Shown here piece by piece: positions 12,306-24,290 of a stretch of 64,000 nt of DNA. The notes beneath the pieces were generated by a model, which searched no databases, had not been told where the DNA came from, and saw only the letters and a program-made list of their open reading frames with translations. The position numbers were made by a program, and so were the translations under genes. The stretch is from Camelus dromedarius (Eukaryota), in the NCBI RefSeq assembly GCF_036321535.1, contig NC_087436.1:19594001-19658000 (forward strand). Direction: 5' to 3'. Within the stretch, counting starts at the first letter, position 1, and each line of letters begins with the position of its first letter.

Positions 12306-14415
12306 TTATTTTCTACAATCAGTGTTCTGTATACCAATGTACAAATAAGGCCAAAAATGTCCATGAACCCCAAATAGGGCTTCTGAAGTCCTGCATCAGG
12401 TGGGATGGCTGAAAGACTAAAACATGAACGCTGCTCTTTTTTCCTAAAATTTGATTCCTGGAAAGATTGTTCCTTTCTCTTAATAATGGTCTCAAGACAT
12501 TCTGTTTGCAGCCTTGTTCATTTACCTGCTCTTTCAAGCCTAGCCCTCCCTTTTGGATAAAGGGAGGTATATTTTTATATATTATTATATTCTGTGTTTT
12601 TAAAATATAGTATATTTTTGAATTCTGGTTTTGAAACGTGAAGGAAGGATAAATCTCTTAGGAAAGTTCTACACAAACATCAATTTAGCACAGCTAAATA
12701 GCTCCTGACCACACCAGGAAAGAAGTCAGTTGAGTTGTAAAGTCTCCCTAACTGTAGAGGGGAGGGGTGGCGGGAGAGCCCCCATCAGGACAGCAGAGGG
12801 GATGTTTGAGTCCAATGTGTGAAGCATGTTTGCTGGCATCTCCTGTGTGGATTTCCAAGTGTCCCTGTCCCTCTTGTGTGCTATCTACAGAGATAACCAT
12901 AGGACGTTTTTGAAGCCCCAGAGGTTGGAAGTTAAAATTCCAGTTGTACTTATCTGTTAAACTGATACAAGGTTGTCCTATTTTTCTGCCAGAGGTCTAG
13001 CCAAGGGGGTTGTTAGCCGTCCTGGAGCCGCTGCTGTTGCCTTTGTGTTCAGCGATTTGGAAATGCCCTAGTCCGCGTGGGTTTCCGGAACCTACCACTG
13101 GGACACAGAGAAAACTGGAGAGCTCTTATTTGCATATATTATTTAGTTGTAGCTCACTTTGGATGACTCTCTTGAGAAAAAGGACAAAAATCTTTTCTTC
13201 TGTGTCTCATAAAGCAACCATAGAGGTCTTGATGCTGTGTGGCCGTTTTCAGTTATGGATAGAATGACATGGAAAGAACAGGGAAGCAAACACAGTGTAA
13301 ATCATTGGCCAGGCAAAGGCAGCCCAACCTGCATAGTGAAATACCTTGGAGAATTTGTGCAGAAGACGAGTCACTTAGATGGAAGTGAATGAGAGTGGGT
13401 CACATGGTCCATGACCTCCTGTCACCCTTCCTAACGGGATCTGCAGGGAGTGGACTTGCCAGTCTTTGGAACATTCCAGATGGTTTCAGGAGAAGTTCTA
13501 GAATAGCCAGAATTACAGGCAGAATGTAACTCTGGGGCTGAGCAGGCTAAACATCACGTGGCCACCACCCAACAGGCCACACCTTGGGATGGCCCTGGCC
13601 GGATCTCGCAGGTCTCCCTTGGATGGACAGCAAGCCGAGCCATCCTCATCAACCCAGAAGTGGGCGGCCTGCCTTTTTACCCACTCTAAAAAAGAGACAC
13701 AAATGAGAATAACCCAAATATTCACTGAATCCATTTTGCCCAACATCTATTTTCCTAGACAGCAGTGCTGCGCTGCCTTCCTCCCTGGCCTGGGCTGTGA
13801 CCGTTGCTGGGCGGAGTCCGCGCTTTGCCCAGCTCTGGCACAGGGCCGGCCGCCTTCCCTCCCCAGTCAGTAAGAGCATGAATTCCATGAAGGCAAGGGG
13901 TGGGTGGGTGCCCGTTTATTCACTGCACCTGGAAAGGTGTCTGAAGACTTACTACTTGTCAGACATTGAGTATTGTTTCACTTACTGTTTATTAAGGAAA
14001 AAAAAAAAAACCTACAAAGTAGGTTCATTTTACAGATGTGAAAACTGAGGTTAAATAACTTGCCCAACCAAGATAACAGGTGGTATGTGGTTCACATGAG
14101 ATTCCAACCCAGGGTTCTCTGCATCCTGTATCTGGCTTGTTAAGGGCCACATTGTACTGCCTTGCACAGGCTACTGGAAATAATAAATTATAAACTGCGG
14201 CATGAAATGACAGCTATCGTACTGAAAATTAGCTTGCTTCAGGATCATCCTAGCTGAAAGCCTTTTCTAATCAAATTCCAAAACTGTTGTTGTACTTTAT
14301 AATGGCAACATTTCGTATTCTAGAAATGGCATATAATTGCCCCTTTGTTTAGTAATTGAGATTAATCAGTGCCAGTGAGTTTGACTTTCTGTGACTATTT
14401 GTCTCTGAAGAGAAA

Positions 14416-14418
<3 letters not shown>

Positions 14419-14462
<44 letters not shown>
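14419..14462. repeat. (TG)22 microsatellite
   Basis: Read directly from the sequence. Confidence 0.97.
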
Positions 14463-14463
<1 letters not shown>

Positions 14464-15559
14464 TGGGGAAGGGGACACAGATTGGCATTTAGTGATGCCG
14501 GAAAAGAGTGGCTGCATCCCCCTCACGGTGACTGCCTTCCGGGATTACATTATGGTGGAGGCCATCTATCCCAATGACTCTTAAAGGCAAATATGGGCTT
14601 TTAAACTGAGAGATTCATTACAAAGAAAGAGAGAGAACTCAAAAAACAATGTGTAGGACATTTGGATAGTAAAATTATGGATGTTTCTAACTAAGAACAA
14701 ACTAAACAAAAGTGGGAAATCTCCATGACGACTAAAGAGAGAAGCAACTGGAGTCCAGATTTGCCAGCAGCTCTCTCCAGAACTCTCTGGAAAGTCTGAG
14801 AAGGCATTTAAATGGAAAACAAGCCATGTGAATTCAAGCGAATGAATCTTTGAAAGACAGGAAATCATCCAGGTGACTGGAGTACACTATCTCTTAGCAA
14901 AGTGGGAAAGTAAGAGTAATATTCAACTTCCAAAGACACAAGGGGTGTTTTTTGATATATTTCCTGTCCTACTCCACAATTAATCCTCACTTCAAATTCT
15001 GGATTCCTTGGTCAGCCCGGTTTCTTTCCTTCCTGCCATATCGAATATATTTTTCTCCTATGAAATACAGCCCTCTCCCAGAGGGGGTGTGAACGATTCC
15101 TTCACAGTCCAGTAAAGCAGCAACTAGTATTTGTTCCTGTCCTGTCTGTTTCACTGGGAAACATTGCTTTAGCGCCTGTTCGTAAATAATCAGTCATTTA
15201 CGTATTGAGGACCAGTCCTGTGCTTAAACACTGCAGGAGATGAAAAGTATAAGATTTTGCCTAAATTCAGGGGAAAACAAAACCTACACAAAAGAAAATA
15301 AAGACAACATAAGGAAATGCTAAATTATGGGCTACACCTAGGAAGAGAGGTGTATCTTCAAAAGAGGAAGAAACCAGTAGGGAGGCCGCCTTCACCGTGG
15401 AGGAGAATGGAAGCTGAGCCCAAACGAACCCATAGGATTAAGTCATCTAGAGAGAAGGGACAAGATCCAGGAAGGGCTCAGCTTTTACAGAGACAGGAAA
15501 GTGCTAAGCCTGAATCATGACAGCAATTGGCATCTGAGAATGTGGTTTAATGGAGTTAA

Positions 15560-15750
15560 CATAGGTTAGTGATCAGAAGTAAATAGACTGTGGTCTAATT
15601 CTGCCTCTGCCACCTAACAGACGCATGATGTCAGGCAAGTCACTTAAGTGCTCAAAATCTCAGCTTCCTCCTGTTCAAATGGGAAAATTGCCACCTACTT
15701 CCTAGGACTCTTGTAAGGATTAAATGAGATAATGCAGGCAAGGTACTTAC
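15560..15750 (+). mobile_element. MIR SINE
   Basis: GGCAAGTCACTTAA...CTCAGCTTCCTC...TGTAAGGATTAAATGAGATAATGCA. Confidence 0.75.
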
Positions 15751-17532
15751 AAAATGGCGGAAGTGGCGACTGTTCTTGACTGACGTTGAAGAGGGAGAGG
15801 ATTTGATGAATGGGCGCTGGAAAGTCATTGTAATTCTTGAGCCGGGTATTGGCTTTAATTAATGTGGGTTGTAGGAAGATTAATCTAACTGTGGTTTGCA
15901 GGATTGATGAAGGGGAGAGTCTGAAGACGGGGTTATGTCAGGAGGCGGTGAGACTAATTCGGCTTGATCTTAGGAGGGACTGAATTAGGAAGGCGGCAGT
16001 GAAGACGGAGGGAGGAGGAGAATGCTAGATGGAGAAGAGCGTCTCCAGAATGTGGTGACTTGATCTACAAGTAGAAAGACAAATGGGCTTAGTCACAGAT
16101 GAGCTGCAAACTTAGAGTTGTAGAAACTGGGCAGGCCGGTGACGGAAGGGGTGACACTGGCTGTGCCACACTCACCCCTTGGACAGGGGACAGATGAGGT
16201 GATCGGGGCAAGAGCTACAGGAAACAGGCCCCGGGGAGGCAAGGGACCTTGTCTGTGTTAATCTCCTTACATCCTCAGGCACCGGGCACAGCAAGTCACG
16301 TGCAGCAAAGGCCCTCAAAGTATTTTTTGAATGAATGAATGAAAAAAATGAATAGATGGTGAGAACATTGTGTATCTACAAGTAAGTAAACTCTGAACAA
16401 TGCTATAAAGTCGATGGTTTTATATGGTGAACAAAAGAGCAGCCTTCAGTGGGAGATATATAAAGCTCCATATTTAATCTAGGAAGACAAATGTCTGTTT
16501 CTCAGGGAAAAATTTAAAACTGTCCATCCAATAGAAACTGGTAACTGTTGAAACTTGAGCACCGATACAAAGGGAATTTTCTAATTCAGGGACTATAAAA
16601 TAAACATATTTAAAACGGGGGCGGGGGAAACCTTGCTCTTGGACGTATTGTTTTATCCTCTCCATCCTGGGTATAGGATAAAAGAAACCCCTTACTTGCT
16701 TGTTAGAAGAAGAAAGCTCTCACTTGAAGTTCCTACTTGGCAGATGTCAGTTGAAAGCCCTGCTTATGGAATATGCCGCCGTGTCAAACTCTGTTGGATA
16801 ATTTTAGACGAAATGTGTCATGTGTGACATGGGACTGTGGCACGCTGCACATGAGTGATTTCCCCAGTGCTCGGATCAGGTAGCAGCGCTCAGGGAACGC
16901 ACTCTTCATCTCTCCACACGGTGTCCTTGCAGAGCAGAGGGGGAAGGCTTTTGGTGGAAATTACTTTAGTCAGAAAAAGAATCCATTTACAATATGCGCC
17001 TTCTAACATCTTTCAGACAATGCATTGTATTAAAGAGGCATTTTTTGATTAATGTTTTATAAACATTTTTCAGCATGACAGCTTAAAGTCCCTGTAAAAT
17101 TGTAAATGCGTGCGTAGTGTTCACTTCCATAAAGTCAAACGCCAGCTCATAAAGTCTCGTCGGATCCTGTCAACCGTGGTGACACAGAATCAGTACCTGG
17201 GAGCATTAAAATTAATTTGCTTCATTTATATTACCGCCGTGATAGCAAGATGAAAAGAGGCCTATATTTAAATTTTGCTTGAAAAAGAAAACTCTTTCGA
17301 GTAAGTTTGTTTGGTTTTTTAAATTATGGCTTTTTTTTTTTTTTTTTTTTTGGTCTCTAGTTAATGAATGTAGGGGAGAGGGGGTGTCTGCCTGCACAGT
17401 AACTTTATGATGGGAGCTGGAAAATCACAAATCCACTCATTCTGTGCTTTCCCTTTGTAAGCGCTATGAGATGTTCAGAGGTGAAGAGGAAACAGTCGCT
17501 GACCCTAAGAAGCTTACAGCTTAGTAAGGAAA

Positions 17533-17571
17533 ACACAGACACACACAGACACACACAGACACACACACACA

Positions 17572-17604
<33 letters not shown>
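17533..17604. repeat. Compound (CA)n microsatellite with GA interruptions
   Basis: Read directly from the sequence. Confidence 0.95.
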
Positions 17605-17606
<2 letters not shown>

Positions 17607-19060
17607 CAGGCAGTGATGATAAACGCAGCAAATGCTAGGCTGGAACGCGCCCCAGGCGGGTAAGCCTACAGTAGACGGAGTCATGGGACATCAAGGATGC
17701 CTTCCCAGAGGAGGCGAGCTGGGAACTGAGGGCTAGAAGAATGGTAAGGTCAAGAAGTGCGTGCCGAGCATTCAGGGCAAAGGGGCTAGTGTGGGAGCCC
17801 GAGAGGCCCGGAGAGGAGAGGCGAGCCCTCCAGAGCCGGGGTGGGAGCGGGGATGGGGAGGAGGGGGCACAGCGCTCTTCATGGTGGAGCTCGGAGGTAG
17901 CCGAGGGGAAGACCAGTGAGACAGAGAGGGATTTTGTACTCACTCTGGTCGTGGAGTGGAAAATCGCTTGCTCAGGATAAGACTAAAGGCAGAGAGACTG
18001 GTTTGGGGATGGCGTGGGGAGCACAAGAGAGAGCTGACAGTGCCCTGAAGGAAGGTTAAGGGGAGGTGGGAGTGGTCACAGACGAGCCAGGGAGTCACTT
18101 TAGCGAGGGCTGTGTCACTTCCCGCTCTCGTCAAGCCTCGCCCTGTCACTGTTCAGTGAGTGCTAACTGAATGAATGAGCAGGTGACCCAGTGAATTATT
18201 AAAAGAATGCGTGAAGAGGATGGAAGGGTGGTGTATTGCACGGGCTTCTGGGAAAAGCGGTGTAGCCGATTTTCTCTGACTTGACTTGAAGATCAAATTT
18301 TGCCAAATTCATGGCCAGGTGACAGAAATCGCAGTGTGGTGAGGGTGGAGGCTCTCGCAGGCTTCCAGACTCTCTCTGTTGTATTTCCGGTGTTTGTCCG
18401 TATAGTGCTGGAAACACAGCAAAGATGCCCTAGAACAGAGATAGTAAACTCACTGCTCCCAAACGGTCGCCCTGGGGCTTGGAGATGTGAACTCCCCCTC
18501 CGCTTCTCCCAACCTCTCTTTCTACTCTGACCCTCGAGGAAATGAAAATGTACTGAGTGGAAGCTGCTGATTTGGGGCCGGGAGGGCAGGTGGGGAAGAA
18601 ACTGAAGGAAAGCAGGGGGAAAGAAAGGCTGAGATAAACCGGAGATGGCGGAGAAGCTAATAGTGGAAAAGGACAGTAGATAACCGAGTGACTGAAGTGT
18701 AAGGCAGAGTTTCAGACTGAGGGGACATTAAGGTTCCCAAAACGAATAGCTTGACTTGAAGCTCTGGGGTCCCTTCCCCCCACTGAGGGACCTGCTTGTC
18801 GTGAGTCCCCCACGTGTGAGTGACAAGCAAGGACACGGCGGAGGGACTTGGGCCCTCATCTCTGGAAGCTAAGTTTTTCTCTCTGATGCTGTTTCCAATC
18901 ATACTTTTAACATGAGTCCTTGGGAGTGGAGGTGATAGGAAATCTGATTAACAATGAGCAGGGAGACACTGCAGGCACATGAAGTGGTGAAGAGAAATCC
19001 ATGTTTAACTGGACAAGTGTCTACAGCAGCGGCGGGTCATGGTGGAGCCCTCTCTTCCAA

Positions 19061-19119
19061 ACGAGGTGGATGGCTGGACGACGGAGACGAGGTGGATGGC
19101 TGGATGACGGAGACAAGGT
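19061..19119. repeat. 26-bp tandem duplication (ACGAGGTGGATGGCTGGAYGACGGAG, two copies plus a partial third)
   Basis: Units 19061-19086 and 19087-19112 differ at one base. Confidence 0.9.
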
Positions 19120-21293
19120 CAGATGAGAAGAGGGCCTCTGTTGTCAGGGCGAGTCAGGCGAACAAACCACCCCTTAAGTACCGGGACGGTTAAACAGTGT
19201 TGGAAAACTGGAAAGAGGGAAGGGGACCTTGTGGAAACCAAGCAGTAAGAACTGCAGGAAGTGGCTGGAGCTGGGGAAACAAGGGGAAGAAACTGGGCTT
19301 CTCAGAATCTAGAAGTTTGGAGAGGGCCCAGTGGGATCTCCGAGGGGCACAACGGGCTGTATCCACTGGAGCCCCCTAGAAGGCGCTGTTGCTGCGGGAA
19401 ACCCCAAGCACCTCCTTCTGCAGCCTTCCTCTAGCACCCCCTGTTGGCGGAACCGTCTAGGGAGCCTGCTGATCGGGAGCATTGATGTTTGCAACGCCCC
19501 AGCGCCTTCAGTGAGCCGTGTGCGGGACGGTGTGTCTGAAGGTGAGAGCTAGGAGCTGACGAACTAGCACAGGGCCAGAAGAGAACTGCATACCCATTGA
19601 TACCAGGGTTCAAAGAAGGTCGAAGCTCACTTGTATACTGGAAGCTTCTTGAGGGCAATGACTTAGCTACGTCTTGGCTCCGTCTGTCAATCGGGGGTTC
19701 CCTTCCCTCTACTGGGGTAGGCCTAGCGGTGATTACTGAGCTCCTCGCTGAAATCACAAGAGCAGCCCGGTGTGAGGTCCGCCGCCCCTGGGAGTGCTTC
19801 TGGGAGGGGCCTGAGGGGAGTGTGTCCCAAAGGGACTTCTGAACTAGAAAGCACTTTGTAGACCAGGCCCTATTCTGCTTAATGAAGCCACTGTCCCCGT
19901 GGAATCTTGAACTGAAGACCTTGGGGGCCTTGACTTTACCTGACACAGAGAACTGGAAACCCGGGTTGCCTGGCTTAGTCAAGGCTCCATCACCTGCGAC
20001 AGTTTTCGGACTCCTAGGTGTTTCGGTCTCCTCCTGAGTGAAAGGGAGCAAACGGTAGTTTGCCTCAGCCCCCCAGCGGTGCTGTCAGTTTGTAAGGGAG
20101 AGCGCTTGACGGCACCTGACAGCTAGTAAGCGCTCACTGCACACTAACCATTATCATCCTTGTTAACTGCTATCTTTGTGGACCGAATTCATCACACTAT
20201 AGCGAATTGCTGATGTCCCTTGCATTTAGATACCTTGTGTATCTTGCTTATTGGAACATCTGCCCTATGACCAGATCTGTGAGCTTGCTGGCATTTGCTG
20301 AAGGATGACGCAGCCTGCTTGAGTTGAGCCGAAAAAGCGTAACTCAGATGATTTAGCCTAGCAGCCATGGCCCTTGAATTATCTGAGCAGAAACCCCTGC
20401 TCAGATAATTTTGAGAGACAAATCCCTCCATATTTCTATCATTTGCTCCCCTTTGCCCTACTATGACTCCACCCCACCCGCAACTTCTTTACATCATCCC
20501 TTTGGGCCAAATAACCTTTCCTGGAAGCAGGAGGGGAGTGTATGTTCAGGTCCTGTTAATTTCTCATCGGAATAACTTTCCGGCACTATAATATTAGATA
20601 CTGCTTTTCAGCTACAAATGGATTAAGCATTTTATTTTCAGAAAGAAAGCTCCTCTGTTTCTTAGACATAAACTGTAAAACTCTAAACACGTACGTTTGA
20701 AGCTTCGAGAGAGACATTGGGAAGAGTTAAGCATTTGCAGTTTATGGCGATGAGATGTGAGGCTGTGAAAAAGAAAGCAGCCGTGAAATACATGTTTGCA
20801 TAAAGGTTTGAAATTTATTAGAAGGTAAAAATAATTGAAAAAGCAGAGTATTCCTCACCGGGTTATAATAAAAAGTTATTTATGTGCCATCACTGCGTGT
20901 ATTTAGGACCCTGGATCCTTTTCAGTGGCTTTTCTCAAAGAAACAAAGAGGAAGCTACGCTTTTAAAGCCATGCAGTTGAAAAAGCCAGCACACACACAC
21001 AGCTGTTCTGACAACTGGGCCATCTTAAAGCAACTGGTGATACTAGCCAGTGTCTGAATTCTGTTACAGAAGCTCAATAGGTATGCACGATAGGCAGCTG
21101 CTTACAAAACAGACGTACCTAGCCCTGGGTATAATAGAATGGTAGACTCAGAAGCAGTATTCATTTATCTGAGTTCCATTAAGGCCTTCACTGTGGGGTT
21201 TAATCATTCAGCACAGGTTTTAGAATTCACCTACTATACACAATATTGCATAAAGTGCTGTGGGATTCTTGGCCAAAAGAGAATGTGCAGTGC

Positions 21294-21430
21294 GGGAGGG
21301 TATGGCTCAAGTGGTAGAGCACATGCTTAGCGTGCACGAGGTCCTGGGTTCAATCCCCAGCACTGCCTCTAAAAAATAAATAAATAAATAGACCTAATTG
21401 CCTCCCCTCCACAAAAGAAAAAAAAAAAGA
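21294..21430 (+). mobile_element. tRNA-derived camelid SINE (Vic-1-like)
   Basis: Same head, (TAAA)n, CCTAATTGCCTCCCC and A-tail, followed by (GA)n. Confidence 0.9.
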
Positions 21431-21918
21431 GAGAGAGAGAGAGAGAATATACAAGGCTTTATTAATGCCATTTGGCTAAAGTACCCTCCTACTTATAGCC
21501 ATATATATCATACATTATCTGACCATATCCTTTCAGCCCCAAAGTGAACTTTGGGGGCTTTGAAATGGTGCCTCCTTAAAGACTAACAGAGTGTTTCACC
21601 ACTAAGCAAGAAAAGATCCAGCTTTAACTGCTACCTTACTAATATTCCTCAGCTTTCTGAGAGCAACTCTATTCCTCACTATCTTCTAGTGCTAGAAGGC
21701 TGCTAACTGGCAGTGAAAGTTTTTGGTGCCCTCAAACACTGACCAGTGTTAATCTGTTCTAGGTAGAGCTCAGAGCTTTATGTAGTGAAAGGAAGATGGA
21801 AAGATTTGGTGACTTGTTTTAGTTCTGTGAATTCGCATGGGAGAAAGATGGTGCATTCCAAAGCCCAGTTTTAATGGTGTACTTCTTTAATTTGATGACA
21901 GACTGAATTTGCCTCTAG

Positions 21919-22203
<285 letters not shown>

Positions 22204-23837
22204 TAGTTTCTTAACTAAACACAATAATAATGGTGCATTGACCCATTTCCATTTGAACAGGAAGGCTGAGAGTTAATTGTTCTATATTGATACAAAAGGA
22301 CAATTATACTTGAAATGCAGTTTTTAAAAGCCCTTTTTAATTTGCACATAGTGAAGGGCATGTTGCAGTGGAGGAAAGGTTCAGTAAATATACTCAAAAT
22401 ACATGCGCCCCTTCACTCGGGTGCACACCGTCTTTCCCCACCCAGTCATCCGTATGTGTCCTGATTTCACATGCCTTTCTAAATATGAGAGCACCTGGAT
22501 TTATCTAGAAGGCCAACTTTATTTTTAATTTTCCAGACATATCACAGCTTCTTTGTACTGCCAAGCTGTGTGTTTGGGAATTAAAAAATAAAACTTCAGT
22601 AGCAGGAGAGGCCACACAGTGATGTCAATTTCACCACCCCTGGCTCAGAAGTCGTGTGACTTACTTGATATCTGCGGATTTGATTTCCTAAACTATCAGC
22701 CAAAAGAAAACAAACTGAGTGATTCTACATGCAGCACAGACCACGGAGGGGCCCATAGAGCTGGGCTCCTTCCCAGCGGCTGGGGTCTTACGAGGCTTCT
22801 TTCAGCCTGTTCACAAGGTGGCGACTGTCGTCAGGATGAGGTAAGAAGCGGAGACAGCGAGTGACAAAGCGCCCGCGTTGCGTCCTCAGTGTCCTGAAAA
22901 CGGAATAGCCCCACCACCACCTTTGGAGCTCCGTGCACGCTAAGCCCATCCCAGCCATTACCAGGTTCAGAGGGTGGACCCTTGAGCCAAGTCTGCCACC
23001 TTCTCATCACGTGACCAGGGGCATGTGACTTCATTTCTCTGCACCTGAGTCCCTGCCACACAAAGACAGATGATCACATCTACTCTTCGGAGTTGTGGAG
23101 GATTATGTGGCAGGCGTTTGACAAAAGCTAGCTTACAGAATCACTGTCATCGTCACTGACGTTCATTATTTTCTACAGCACTGTCTCTAGCAAACTCTGC
23201 CATCCCCACTGAACATGTAGGAGAGGCCCAGAGAGCAGACAGCGTGCCCAGGGCTGTGAGTGACTGAGCCAGTGCTGGAGTTAGGACTTGAACCCTGGTC
23301 TGTTTGCCCCCCAAAATCTTTCCTTTACAGCACAATGATGCTCCAAACAGAAATACAACATTGCTTGTAGAAGGAGAGCCCTGGGTCCCCAGAATCCTAC
23401 CTGAGAAGGTAGCCATCCAGCACCTTCACTCATTTTGTTATTGAACAAAGCATTGGTGATCACCGGTCTGTGCTGGGTACCACTCCAGGCCAAGGTCTTC
23501 CCACTCAGAGTTGGTAGAGGAGCAGTTTAGTAACTTCTTTCTTTGACTACTGATCCCCTTTGCATACTCCCATTTGTATTTATGCTTGTGTTTATCCATG
23601 TGTACGTGCATGAGATGCCAGAACTTACATGTAGAAATTTTGACAAGGAATAAAGAAAATTATTTGAAAATCCCAATTCCCCATCGATGATATGCAGTCA
23701 TCGTGAACAGCCGATTAATCAGAAGGAAATTTTCTCCTAAATGTTTAAAGGCTCTGAAATTTCTCCTACAAAGGAACAGAAGCGTTTCCAAAAAGGAAAC
23801 TAAATTGGACAACACCGTTCATTTTCGCCTTGCACAG

Positions 23838-23919
23838 AAACCATTCCAGATCAGGGGACCACTGGCTAATGTAGAATAATCCAGGAGGCTTGGAATATTT
23901 AGCCATCCCATTTGGCCAC
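23838..23919 (+). pseudogene. SLC10A7: Frameshifted homolog of the human SLC10A7 alternative C-terminal exon
   Basis: After the ttgcacag acceptor it reads KPFQIRGPLANVE* (stop 23877-23879). The shifted frame continues NNPGGLEYLAIPFGH, resembling the recalled human alternative C-terminus [27 protein letters not shown]. Confidence 0.65.
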
Positions 23920-24260
23920 AAAAATAAATACAAAGTGTCCATGATAAGGGCATCCATGATGGTCTCCTCTGCTTTACAGACAGTGCTGATTGAGGTCCAC
24001 GGCCACCGCCTAGTGCACTGCGGACGGTCTGGTAGCCATGCTGGGCAGGGGGAGATGTGAGGTCTACAGGCCAGTGAGGTCGGCCAGGGTTGGGGGTGGA
24101 TCTATTTGGATCCAGAGGTTTGGAGCGTTGGTTATATAATGCTGTCTGGGTGGGCCTCTCCTTTCCTTCCCGTAGCATAAATTATCTGGTGTTAATTGAT
24201 GCTTCCACTTTGCTCATGGATACCGTCCAACTCTGAACGTCATGTTTTCCTTTCTTGTAG

Positions 24261-24290
24261 GGAGTGAAGTTGACGAGGCCAACAGTATAA
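24261..24290 (+). CDS. SLC10A7: SLC10A7 terminal coding segment GVKLTRPTV*
   Basis: Acceptor ttttcctttcttgtag at 24245-24260, phase 0 and compatible with the upstream exon. GGA GTG AAG TTG ACG AGG CCA ACA GTA TAA gives the known SLC10A7 C-terminus. Confidence 0.95.
   Translation, partial: GVKLTRPTV

Noticed and set aside
19431..20051. 206-aa minus-strand ORF
   Set aside because: No recognisable domain or splice context. It lies antisense in an intron and is compatible with a chance ORF in GC-richer DNA.
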